From IMG/VR virus record IMGVR_UViG_3300044972_002389, positions 124,001-188,000 of that record: 64,000 bases of DNA. One strand, given 5' to 3'. A program made the position numbers and the translations under genes. Each line of letters starts with the position of its first letter. The first letter of the stretch is position 1. This document shows, piece by piece, positions 44,901 to 51,021 of the stretch. The notes under the pieces were generated by a model. It was given only the letters and a program-made list of their open reading frames with translations. It was not told the DNA's origin and made no database searches.

Positions 44901-44992
44901 TGGTCAGCTGTGGCTGCGAAAAATTTACGAAGGATATCGGTTTGTAATACCTCGGGTAGCAGATCGCTTATTCTACGTTTTGTATCGCTCAT
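32939..44992 (-). CDS. Giant (4017 aa) virion structural protein, baseplate/tail associated
   Basis: Uninterrupted 12-kb ORF coupled to the baseplate wedge gene; repeated GDG..T..F.L...V..NG...DY beta-modules. Confidence 0.8.
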   Translation of the reverse strand: MSDTKRRISDLLPEVLQTDILRKFFAATADHLFQPEKVEYLNNYIGRMPSWYNPKKDFYVVETSKSRQDYQVEATAISRSQGSDTVSHILFYEDLLNKLRSQGALVNDHNRLFEQEYYSFGLPCDVDMWLNFQEYVWLSDGPDTITLLDITDLSSVSNESAYVYAGTYAIANNPSSIINGATHPLVFSTGLKIKPTLDLDIALRDRELIIEGVGRKIYFVDDTDSSIKIRWDNPKEYDSTPWDGVDKLVTPAYVVMHRGSSNQNPWSIRNRWFHRDVLVQSQTLLQDVNALVAKYPIICFDKTTKLWNFGTIGRGRVTVVDSFTTDLGSLIGRSQSNSNPLLVDGISLDDGMTILFTNLVDGQANNRIYRVSGLRSDNKLTLQLLPNQSDVTGAPKNNDSLYVASGNPLNRFFDTYLRFQSSTNSWVSAQSWKQTVDSQSPLFELFDIDGNSLSDPSIYPLSSFSGSSLFSYDPSQLAAINQGSLLVSANELTFENTLSQNTWTYQPNNLRVDISGFKFWQTVDPVTTQPVYQNNWFKSPVLSRQYVVNQFYTQESQKTFTLDQAPGTGAPGPSAINVEVSGVLLTPDQYTVSGKVLTLANSVQPNSNVVVKTWQNITNIATTGYFEIPKNLEANPNNLEVSTITRQNIINHLITVIGNQSNIIGNIIGANNWRDTAQNQSLGTVILQHRAPLLKTMILNSIAQTSALTSSNALLDPIGVMQWSQKEYLRFYNKYINSLVNLFNSGGLTLANPISEWLDKALKSINVGKTLSSPWAMSGFDGVPGRYCSEKSITPTFVPASAARLGVTPSFVPTAFFDVTQPNSPLSLRCHNGAVVVLQDFNGADLGTIADQQSSTVDPQLLTHPVARAWMQLEVNLFNSLPASYRNPDSVQKLDIKTIFSGKWRTTNYSYKDQLTMLYPVFERWLTTNQLDAFKNTTYKIDDPFSWNYSSCTDQENNPVPGHWRGIYFLFFDTDRPNSCPWEMLGFSQQPLWWNAEYGAAPYTSGNTQLWYDLRDGRIRQGQRQGIDPAYARPGLMQYLPVDEFGQLLPPGPARIVTTLPSEIEARADWKFGDRGPLENVWLTAVDSDQIWAQIGYLAKPAQFIEYLWDGPRAQQIFATQTNSQWVWKDYRKRISNSDIFVHREDPQNVTTLSSDLSYYGSCGIQHWISEYLINDSRSVTEYFGNVIRNSDVTLGYRAGGFIDGTSVKLLVDSFGLSSNDSLLIPQEDVTNNLIRSASLKEFFYSGVIVEYRGSEGYRVIGYDSYDPNFYVIPSNLTGPKTTVIVDKIKVIEYKLGLPSVKKVPYGTILPTQQDVFDFLVSLGRWQVSQGWIFDEYSSTTGQLQDWSLSGREFLFWSQGPWAAGNYIALSPLALKTKFVTSFGTIQNIGGIVNGSYTILDRGGRPIQVQNIDFLRIDDQVSVRPLNDQGIFGIRLYTTGLEHALLFQNKTIFGDIVYDPLFDVRQSRFKIQTYKSMDWAGRLEAPGYLVTQTTSTIGDRIIVNNQILANFEKTVDDIRKLYNIDVPTPYNYSDSTGMHTNATSALSQALPKRYNMLATHLVGYQQREYLTNLLVDETTQFQFYQGMIKQKGTKGTIDSLLRNTQLVDANESFSYYEEYAFRLGTYGSNELIHGIDVLLLQTEVRSNPQLVEFFSGSIEDLAYDDTITITPKDSRVLYKSEATPNFSLRSHYGSAPGDLPNSGYVLFSEATYYVKDQAELFSLSQTLETKNTPLQAHDRVWQFIDTAIGWNIYKVCRPAWQIQQTTPVTLNQTTISTSLPHNLQNGNILVLSGVTGVNGRLDGTFSVFNVTRNTFDVQATTSATGANGQVLQYWSIRFPTYAAFNNATPPGGWTQRDFAYVDGNQDEPWKVYQKYGVWFEYRREDKKVDTSLLLTSTLYNKTTLQTLAHLNIWDPSKGALPGLVNEEVTYRTHWDPASYNAGDSRLYQVDPSTAWGPNQVGQTWWDLSTTRFIDYEIGTDSYRRRHWGQIAPGISIDIYEWIRSLVPPSSWAGAVTAGNSAATGGDQTPTGSVKGADYPYVLASERNESGQYTNAYYFWVKNKTTVPNVPDRKISVASLSQIVESPQTQNQSWWAAISSTGALLANIGSFLDENNTVWQVNYTSRENVDKIYKEWTLLRPNDPLSTPTLDLWSKMCDSLVEFNNVGNSVPNLRLPEMSKYGMLTRPSQSWFKDGITARRAFVKKINSLLSSSSVPPLDDPDRLGWLQYFQSVEPQPLQKNTKANARVATTTALDTVYYPGENGKGATLTYNGSSYSALVVDGITVNLGDRIIVKNQNPVTLTSSIVTQTPNQNGIYDVVDIGSLNNPWILMRSADFDSIDDNLIDAQVLVLEGASQLLPTTYIQNNKNILKLGIDPLEWQIVRPVKGILPCNWDYYVATLAARDALIPSLIPGNKVLVDVSAATNNRWTIWLYQGQNQFSLERMQAWDTNQVWYLVDWYASGISADTLIGATVATLADRDTLVVDSGTLVKVLNTGNGRWNLFEYTPDSETLWTVVGVQNGNLQLSDNLYDYEKYSMGFSGGSYAVDYQGWEYDTRLELSYILQGLWPENNKAVGLLKVDSDVNERNMVFFELVSHVLAEQNFVDWCFKTSFINLKGFSQQLLSSAYYDPSKIDSLEKYIQEVKPYHVVIRQFVDYRVVSDYWESNSSDLDNPPYIDLNNNVSILNVSNPVDLAILSGDTIYKPWYDNYKASSGALIETVTLTGNGSTKSLQLSTSTKPENVLVYWNSKLSQAWNLRPGDNSIIDLVFVPNTNDVVQAYVYASSYLERKTFIGDGISQIVSMTNPITWQFTQVRWNNLLTNDYEINLDDSTLVELNFTPGVGDIVTVTVFDIANLSVRSTRTKIVLDRLACVPAEDYYSPGYSENTVPNRFIDTIEEMKALTNLPNGEIIKVIYDNIGLWSLFVFNQGIFELVGYQLDNGAADRIQQLYQPTPSMPPPNDPLLISGCAPKGTVLDGLDFNLNGRWGEPVWDGVLGWDNTSQEVDRLFDQYINGGARPQYWVFKGDGLQTKFALPQAPQAPNDLRVWVNGNLQNTPLNWTVKNWITAVDVANQGLGYSVNDILSVSGGTYTIPAQLKVVNTSLTGAILKIEVVFPGAYTLTPSGTAVQASGGSGVNATFVLRWGGTSLEFALAPLSAVAKPNIWVAEAGSTFESALGGTLDAVYDGQGLSRPHVEGNHPEELFPLQGKETLIIDVANQPTVGFGNVLSESWLGDSITDRFYIGQPVFSAADIIVSVGGILKTLGPTSDYVYDPSSNSIVFVFPPVGSVVITSFGFGGATPGLGNWSIVNQGIDYNLNDTIVLSDTSQSYTSTTVLVTAIRATAVNVNQPGSGYKVGDLLYFKYGSGTQTLVIKVDSTTAFGGVAGQITAVSIVNQGYYTQPSISQNEWYTNGTGIGGLITPQWGVASILPLTRGSYLNKNVGLQQVGVTISGGAPGTGTGFSIANYSSHIQETKTVVFDITSFVITMDQPIGANTILMTWNGVPTVSFGVNPADNRQIGLGFTPLPGDTIVILVYSSQYQSLQKLQSLVVTLPLLTYPLNLNTPNNPLSGFNPAQSNNALVYSNGKRLKPPYLLSAIGDNNTTAYNLAIFPDPGSFIQVWLNASVLPNTEYTLAGNQIIFTTAPSDKSFIYIEVADPVAQNYDYQIQGTNLLLASWAVVDGDTIVVRTWGEDSASAFYNDVWTGDSSNQYLFTNTPLEFQSVQVWLNGSSLSWILDYTIVKTGNSWYLKLGNHYTLTAADEIQAYYPTALPSKDGVAFRAVTNVYNDTQYLRLGNQDRTVLTQVLNWNDQEIFVANGDTLLEPDDKRPGVIWIEGERIEYFDKAPAASTAFPNQAVLRKINRGTLGTPGGISDKFVAQYWSSTGNSDLYPVTITNAGEWQAGMVNAYVIVDGKLQNDWMLVSNPSNAAPGFYLQFPSQTLAPIFEPPPAGNKNIGLIIFKQDWKTTAMSHPTTSVVRDGSVRQVIPGGYQWPYGGLGLQYSSTYQAQFLLSQPGSIPA

Positions 44993-47900
44993 TTCAATCT
45001 CAATTCAGTTTGATTTAGGCTGGGAACAATTAAAATGTCAGTGACCCTGGCACTGCTGATGAAAATTTCATCAGGTTGACATTTTATTTCAAATAAATCA
45101 CCAAAACTACTGTTTTGGTTTTGTGGAACAATCACTAAGGAATTCAAGATAGCCGGATTTTGTTGGTGAATGTATGCCGCAAGCTCAGTGAAAAAGAAGC
45201 TTTGACCAAAATCCCAGTTAGCGATACTGAAATAGTTGTCAATGTCTCGAATAATCCGGGCTTTTATTTCACTGTCTGTAATGCTTACACCAGAGTTCTT
45301 AACTACCTTAAATGATACTCGCAGTTCAGGATCAGCACTTTGTCCAAACAACAGCTTGTATTTGACTGGATGCCAAATCAATTGATCAGTCATCATTTTG
45401 TATGTGTCAAATTCAGCGAAAGTAATACGCAAGTCTTCAGGTGCTGGTGGCTGAGGCATAGGGTCTGTGGTTTTGCCTCTGGCAATCCAATTGCGCATAG
45501 CTGTATCATAGCTGCTGGTCAAAACATATGTGTCGATTATGTTCATGATTGCAGGGTCAACTCTTTTGCCTTTGTCTATAAAGTGTTGCCAACAATAATT
45601 GAGATCATTACGGCCCACTGCGGCTTTGTATGACGGTGTTACGTCAATTAAGCTGTTGTTACTAAATTGGTATTTGAAGAACAGCTTTTGATCTCTAACA
45701 TACGCTACCTCGCCATCGTTCCAACTCAGTGGGTTTGGTGGGTATTTGGTGCTCATGGAAATGAGATCGGTGAATATCTTATCAACAGTTGTGGGGGTCA
45801 AATAATCAAAACCATTTATTACTGTTGTTTTCCAAAAAACATAGGGAAAACTGCTGCCAGTTATTAGGCCTGTATCAAGGTCAATTTGTTGTTCTCGATC
45901 AGGGTCTACAATCACTTTGAATTCATCAGGATTGTCAACAATGCCATCAAAATTAGAGTCTTGAAACCTTACTTGCACTCTGCGGGGCTCAATATAGCCA
46001 TCTGGATACAATTGCTGTGATGCAATAGGCCAAAACCAGTCTTGAGAAAAGCTGAGATTGGTAGCTAAGTTGGTATTGACACGCAATATTTTAACAAAAT
46101 CCTGGTTGGCTAACCCTGTATTACTACTGATTACAGGTGAGGTGTTGATTGTATAAAACCTTACATCATTTACACTTTCAAAAACATATTTCAGGCCACG
46201 ACTGGTGATGTACCAGCCAAAGCCAGGCACATACTTCAATTGAATAAGCCAACTGGCATCTAAATTTTGATTAGCTGTGTTGCCTTGCTGTGCAAGAGAG
46301 AAGTCTGCGTCAACAGCCAAATTACTGGTGGAAATAATTTGCCACATGCCAGTTAGTTGGATATAACTGATGCCGAAGGAAAGTTTTTCATCCAAGGCAT
46401 TTTTGACTGCGTCTTTTTCAGCACTCAAGAGCACGTCTTTGAAACTGGGTATTACACTGCTTAGCATCGTTCCATTGGGCACAAAGCTACTGATAATTGC
46501 ATTACCAGCACTGCTGACACTGTTGCCTTCGTCCACGAGATAGCTGCTGGTTCCGTTGGCAAAAAACAAATAGCTGCCTTTCCGGATCCCATATGTTGTA
46601 TCTGGTAATGCCAAAACAAAGTCAACTGTTTGAGTATAAAAGTGAGCATTGGGAAATACAGTGTTACTGGGGTTTTGGTTTGTCCATTGAATATTGCCAC
46701 CACCGCGTTTTGGATATTTGGCTAGATAAAAGTCCCGCATATCGGTGTTGATTTTTCGTGAATCAACACTGCCTTGAATCAAGGGTTGAATGTAGGTGTC
46801 AAGGATTTGTGTGTTGTTGACATTTAAACTGTTGGGCACTTCAATGTAGGTTTCATGTTCTTCTTCAAACAAGATTCCATCGTCTGAAAACACTTTTGAA
46901 TTTTGATAAGTGCTAGTGGGATCATTTATATCAATGTAACGACTTTGGCCACTGTAAACACGGTTTACACTCTTGATCTTCAATGCTTGACTGCTGATCA
47001 AAGGGTAGACGTTGTAATCCTCTCCATTGACCATTCTGTTTTGGGAATAAAACACTGCTGGAGCACGTTCGCGTATAAATGCATTGCTTTCCCTGCTCAG
47101 GCTGTTGGCTACACTGCTTTGTAAATCAAATTGCATTTGCAGCAGATTTTGCGATGTACCATCGTTATCGCGATAATAACTCAGGCTCAAAGGAACACTG
47201 GATATATCTTGTGGTAAGATAGTATAGGTTAAATTGTTACTGGTCCGGAAGTAGACCCGTATCCGGCCAACTGGTATGTTACCAAAATTACCGTCACTAA
47301 ATTTGATACTGATACTGTCTGTGCCACTTATGTCGCGTGTAATAACTTGAAAAATATCTCTAGTAGATCGATTCAAGGAATTGTAAGCTATATTTGTGCC
47401 AAACAAGGCAGGTACTTTGGTCCATTCAACCAGTGTATTGCCCTGGTCATCAACTGTTTCAACCCACACATCACTTTCATTTACATTTAAGGCTGTTAAA
47501 TCAAGAACACGATTACTCAAAGGCTCTGACAGAACAAAATCTGTAAATGATAGGGTTCCTTGTTTGAACAAGCCAAAAAATCCTGTATCAGGACTGGCAT
47601 TGCCATTGCCATCGTTGCGATACAATACGCTCCAAGGCTGTATATAATTGGGAGTCTTTTCCCTATAATACCCAGCTGATCCCACAGTGATGCTACCACT
47701 TACACTGTTGACAAAATCAGTATTGACAAACTCAAAATTCATTTGTTGTCCGTTCACCACTCCGGTGAAGGGAAATGCAAGAGTGCGGGTCACTGTATTA
47801 TCTAGGTCATATCGCTCAACAGTGAGTCCGTTAACTGCCCCGCTTTTTACAGGCTGACCAAAAGGATTGACCTTGCTGAAGCTGGCATTTAAGACCAAGA

Positions 47901-48369
47901 TAAATTGTTCAAACCAATCAGGGTTGTTTGCATCATTCCAAATAACAGGCACATTGGCTAGATTGAAACCATTGGAGTCATAGATATTTTGATCAGTGAT
48001 TACTTGAGTTAACTTAACCAAACCCTGTGCAGCAATACAGCGTCGTGGGTTGTAGGAAATCAGCCTGGCAAGGCGAAAAATACTGTCACGTCGGGTAGCA
48101 GTATCGATGAAATTTTCCCGAATATTCAGATCCAAACGGAATGCCAAACTGGATGCCAAATAAGCCAAAAGTTCAATTATTGCGACAAATTCGCTGCTTT
48201 CAATCCAGTCGTTGAAATCTTCTGGATAATTCAAGCGGATGTAATCAATCAAAGCTTGGCGGATAGTATCATAGTCATAGGCATTAAAATTTACCTGACT
48301 CATGGCTTGATACAGCACACGCCAATCTTGTCCAAGGAATAAATTATTTTGTCGGAGGCTTTGACTCAT
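44989..48369 (-). CDS. Baseplate wedge subunit (T4 gp6-like)
   Basis: DFNDWIESSE..AIIELLAY...ENFIDTATRRDSIFRLARLISY, FSDGNFG, RMVNGEDY. Confidence 0.88.
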   Translation of the reverse strand: MSQSLRQNNLFLGQDWRVLYQAMSQVNFNAYDYDTIRQALIDYIRLNYPEDFNDWIESSEFVAIIELLAYLASSLAFRLDLNIRENFIDTATRRDSIFRLARLISYNPRRCIAAQGLVKLTQVITDQNIYDSNGFNLANVPVIWNDANNPDWFEQFILVLNASFSKVNPFGQPVKSGAVNGLTVERYDLDNTVTRTLAFPFTGVVNGQQMNFEFVNTDFVNSVSGSITVGSAGYYREKTPNYIQPWSVLYRNDGNGNASPDTGFFGLFKQGTLSFTDFVLSEPLSNRVLDLTALNVNESDVWVETVDDQGNTLVEWTKVPALFGTNIAYNSLNRSTRDIFQVITRDISGTDSISIKFSDGNFGNIPVGRIRVYFRTSNNLTYTILPQDISSVPLSLSYYRDNDGTSQNLLQMQFDLQSSVANSLSRESNAFIRERAPAVFYSQNRMVNGEDYNVYPLISSQALKIKSVNRVYSGQSRYIDINDPTSTYQNSKVFSDDGILFEEEHETYIEVPNSLNVNNTQILDTYIQPLIQGSVDSRKINTDMRDFYLAKYPKRGGGNIQWTNQNPSNTVFPNAHFYTQTVDFVLALPDTTYGIRKGSYLFFANGTSSYLVDEGNSVSSAGNAIISSFVPNGTMLSSVIPSFKDVLLSAEKDAVKNALDEKLSFGISYIQLTGMWQIISTSNLAVDADFSLAQQGNTANQNLDASWLIQLKYVPGFGWYITSRGLKYVFESVNDVRFYTINTSPVISSNTGLANQDFVKILRVNTNLATNLSFSQDWFWPIASQQLYPDGYIEPRRVQVRFQDSNFDGIVDNPDEFKVIVDPDREQQIDLDTGLITGSSFPYVFWKTTVINGFDYLTPTTVDKIFTDLISMSTKYPPNPLSWNDGEVAYVRDQKLFFKYQFSNNSLIDVTPSYKAAVGRNDLNYCWQHFIDKGKRVDPAIMNIIDTYVLTSSYDTAMRNWIARGKTTDPMPQPPAPEDLRITFAEFDTYKMMTDQLIWHPVKYKLLFGQSADPELRVSFKVVKNSGVSITDSEIKARIIRDIDNYFSIANWDFGQSFFFTELAAYIHQQNPAILNSLVIVPQNQNSSFGDLFEIKCQPDEIFISSARVTDILIVPSLNQTELRLK

Positions 48370-48399
48370 TCGATATGTGCCCTGTTTTATCTACTTGCG

Positions 48400-48405
48400 T
48401 ATTTA
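48400..48405 (-). promoter_or_regulatory. late promoter TAAATA
   Basis: Upstream of the gp6-like gene. Confidence 0.55.
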
Positions 48406-48437
48406 AGCGAGTTTTAACCACACATATAACTTAAGAT

Positions 48438-48833
48438 TTAGATAATAGTGGTTTCAACATTTCTGCGATCAAAATCAATTTGGAAAACTTCCACAATATC
48501 CAACGGTTGGTAGTAGAGATCCATCTGGAGTTGCAGGCCATTGTCATATTCAGTAAGTTTGATATCTCGTATTTGAACTCGACCATCAGCTGCCACTATT
48601 TGATAGCAGTCGTCAATAATCATCTGCAGGTTGTCAGCCACCATGGGTTCAAATAACATGTCCCAAATTATTGATCCAAAGTCTGGGCGCATGACTCTTT
48701 CGCGTTTCCTTGTATAAAACGCATTAACCAAATCTCTCTTGATAAGATCAAGATCAGTGTATTGTGTTTGTTTGATACTGGTGTCCACTGAACTATAACC
48801 AATGAACAATCGGGTGCGGGGTGCTACTGCCAT
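48438..48833 (-). CDS. Baseplate wedge/sheath initiator (T4 gp25-like)
   Basis: DLIKRDLVNAFYTRKRERVMRPDFGS.IWDMLFEP. Confidence 0.88.
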   Translation of the reverse strand: MAVAPRTRLFIGYSSVDTSIKQTQYTDLDLIKRDLVNAFYTRKRERVMRPDFGSIIWDMLFEPMVADNLQMIIDDCYQIVAADGRVQIRDIKLTEYDNGLQLQMDLYYQPLDIVEVFQIDFDRRNVETTII

Positions 48834-48839
48834 AATACT

Positions 48840-48845
48840 TATTTA
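48840..48845 (-). promoter_or_regulatory. late promoter TAAATA
   Basis: 6 nt upstream of the gp25-like start. Confidence 0.55.
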
Positions 48846-48853
48846 GAGAAGAT

Positions 48854-48881
48854 TTGACACTCTAAAATCTTGCCACAAAAT
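48854..48881 (+). promoter_or_regulatory. sigma70-type promoter, divergent from the late block
   Basis: TTGACA-N16-CAAAAT; ATG after 5 nt. Confidence 0.5.
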
Positions 48882-48886
48882 AAGTG

Positions 48887-49390
48887 ATGAATAAAAAACA
48901 TTTGAGTTTTGATGATATTACTGTTCTTACCTACAGTCTTTGCGATAATATAGAGGCGTCAGGTTGGCAGCCCTCGATTGTTGTTGGCATTACTAGGGGT
49001 GGCCTCCTTACAGCCAAAATGTTGAGTCATTATTGGAAAGTGCCTATGTGCACAATTGATGTGAGCTTGCGGGACTATACCTTATGGAGCGAAGATTTCA
49101 ATACCAATTTGGTAATTGAGGCATTCAATGGTCACAATCTTCTTGTGGTTGATGATATAAACGACAGTGGTGCAACAGGGATCAAGATCAAAAACACTTG
49201 GACCACTGTAGTGAACAGTTTGCCAGAACATCAATCATTATGGCCCAAAAACAATATCAAATTTGGCGTGCTGTTGGAAAATGAAGTCAGCTCTCACCAA
49301 AGTGACTTTTGGGGCTCAAAAATCAACAAGGAACAAGATCCCATTTGGTATGTTTTTCCTTGGGAGATCCAACGGGGCAAGGGTGATTGA
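48887..49390 (+). CDS. Type I phosphoribosyltransferase (xanthine/hypoxanthine-like)
   Basis: VGITRGG, PRPP loop LVVDDINDSGAT, WYVFPWE. Confidence 0.88.
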   Translation: MNKKHLSFDDITVLTYSLCDNIEASGWQPSIVVGITRGGLLTAKMLSHYWKVPMCTIDVSLRDYTLWSEDFNTNLVIEAFNGHNLLVVDDINDSGATGIKIKNTWTTVVNSLPEHQSLWPKNNIKFGVLLENEVSSHQSDFWGSKINKEQDPIWYVFPWEIQRGKGD

Positions 49391-49586
49391 AAAAACACAC
49401 AATCTATTGTTTCCTTGGAGCGTGAGAATGAACTTTGATGTGGTGGATTGGACACCTATGGACCATTGGTGTGTAGAGCATTTTGGCAATGAAGGTGTGT
49501 TGTGGAGCATTGGTTGGGAGAATGGCACGTGGGATTTTCAAAAATTTGAGGATGCAATGATGATGTGGCTGACATGGGTGAGATAA
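49383..49586 (+). CDS. Trp-rich family member
   Basis: WCVEHFG ... FQKFEDAMMMWLTWV. Confidence 0.8.
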   Translation: MIEKTHNLLFPWSVRMNFDVVDWTPMDHWCVEHFGNEGVLWSIGWENGTWDFQKFEDAMMMWLTWVR

Positions 49587-49900
49587 TTGAAGATTGGAGC
49601 GTTTCTGCAGATCTCTGCTGTCCGCTAAGCTTGGATCGTGATAGATTGGATTGTGAACTGGCTTTGTTGAAGTATCGCACAACCCAAGAAGTTCAAGACA
49701 ATCTCATACTTATCTATCTCAATATGCCAAGTTTGGGTTATCCCATTGGCCAATTGGAGTTGGTTAAAGAGTGGCGCACTATTCTCTGTGAAGAGCTTGT
49801 GAAACGGAAACCCATTCATTGGCGTCATTTCTTGAAAAGCCGTATGGACAAAAACGCTGCTGAGAAAACATCAGTTGACGAGCCCAGCCCTTCAGCGTAA
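49565..49900 (+). CDS. hypothetical protein
   Basis: Overlapping co-oriented ORF. Confidence 0.55.
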   Translation: MADMGEIIEDWSVSADLCCPLSLDRDRLDCELALLKYRTTQEVQDNLILIYLNMPSLGYPIGQLELVKEWRTILCEELVKRKPIHWRHFLKSRMDKNAAEKTSVDEPSPSA

Positions 49901-49922
49901 GTTATCAAGGGACACGGAAGGA

Positions 49923-50381
49923 ATGATTATGACCAAAGGTGAGCTGCTAGGCAAGTGTTTGGTTTTTGCCACCAACGCACATGCTGGTCAGTTTGACAAG
50001 GGAGGTGCTCCATATTTGCTCCACGTCCTAAAGGTTATGCACTATTTGCGCACCGAGGACGAAGAGCTGCAATGCATTAGTTTGCTCCACGACGTGTGTG
50101 AAGATACTGATGCCACCTACGCTGATCTCAGAGATATTGGCTGCACCGAGCGTGTGATTGCGGGCGTGAGGGCACTGACCAAAGTGCCGGGTGAAACACT
50201 CGACGAATACAAGGCTCGAGTTTTCGCCAACCCCGATGCCATGCGTGTGAAAAAGTGCGACCTGCGTCACAACTCGGATATCCGGCGCTTGAAAGGTGTC
50301 ACAGAGAAGGACATTCGGCGCATGGCTCGCTACCATGAGTTTTACCTGGAGATTTGCGAGCGACTCAAGCTAGCTGATTGA
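49923..50381 (+). CDS. HD-domain phosphohydrolase (Mesh1/SpoT-hydrolase-like)
   Basis: AHAGQFDKGGAPYLLH, LLHDVCED, VKKCDLRHN. Confidence 0.85.
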   Translation: MIMTKGELLGKCLVFATNAHAGQFDKGGAPYLLHVLKVMHYLRTEDEELQCISLLHDVCEDTDATYADLRDIGCTERVIAGVRALTKVPGETLDEYKARVFANPDAMRVKKCDLRHNSDIRRLKGVTEKDIRRMARYHEFYLEICERLKLAD

Positions 50382-50405
50382 CAATCCAATCAATACTGCT
50401 ATAGT
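50378..50405 (+). promoter_or_regulatory. sigma70-type early promoter
   Basis: TTGACA-N16-TATAGT preceded by TGC. Confidence 0.75.
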
Positions 50406-50426
50406 GCTGGGGAAAGGAACACGCTG

Positions 50427-51014
50427 ATGATCACCATTGTGAAAAAGTCCACACAAAATCGTCGAGCACTCTTGGGCCAAACTGGTAAACAGTTTGTGAG
50501 AATGTCGGGCGATGCCGTGCGCTCCATTGTGGAGAAAAATACTTTTGATCCCACTTTGGCTTTTTGGGTTCATTGGTACAATCAAGCACCTGCCCTTGAT
50601 TTCGATGCAACTGCGCTCACACCAAAGCAATGCCAAGATTTGATTGAGCTTGTGACGTTGCAGACCAAAAAAGATCTTGAAAATATTCTCAAGTATCTTG
50701 ATGAGATCAGGCTAGATCAAGAATATTGGCGCACCGTGTCAGAAAAGCTGAGCCAAGGGCTTGAACCACCCAACGCCCCATATTTCTTTTGGGACCCGCC
50801 TGTCGGCATCCCAGACTTCTCCCGGTGGACGCAAGCTGATGCGCCAAATCAAGAGTGGCTGGAACATGTAGACAATCGCCTCAAGAGACTGAAGGTAGTT
50901 GAGCGCGACTACCGCAAGTCAGCCAGGCTCCACCAGGATCGCTTGAACGACACATACATTTGGGCAGATGTGCAGACCGAAACTGTGCGCACCACTGTCA
51001 TCACTCCAGTTTGA
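50427..51014 (+). CDS. hypothetical protein
   Basis: AAGGA RBS. Confidence 0.7.
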   Translation: MITIVKKSTQNRRALLGQTGKQFVRMSGDAVRSIVEKNTFDPTLAFWVHWYNQAPALDFDATALTPKQCQDLIELVTLQTKKDLENILKYLDEIRLDQEYWRTVSEKLSQGLEPPNAPYFFWDPPVGIPDFSRWTQADAPNQEWLEHVDNRLKRLKVVERDYRKSARLHQDRLNDTYIWADVQTETVRTTVITPV

Positions 51015-51021
51015 GGGTCAC

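Noticed and set aside
32939-48369. Numerous + strand ORFs antisense to the structural genes
   Set aside because: Short, without RBS or motifs, and fully nested opposite long conserved structural ORFs.
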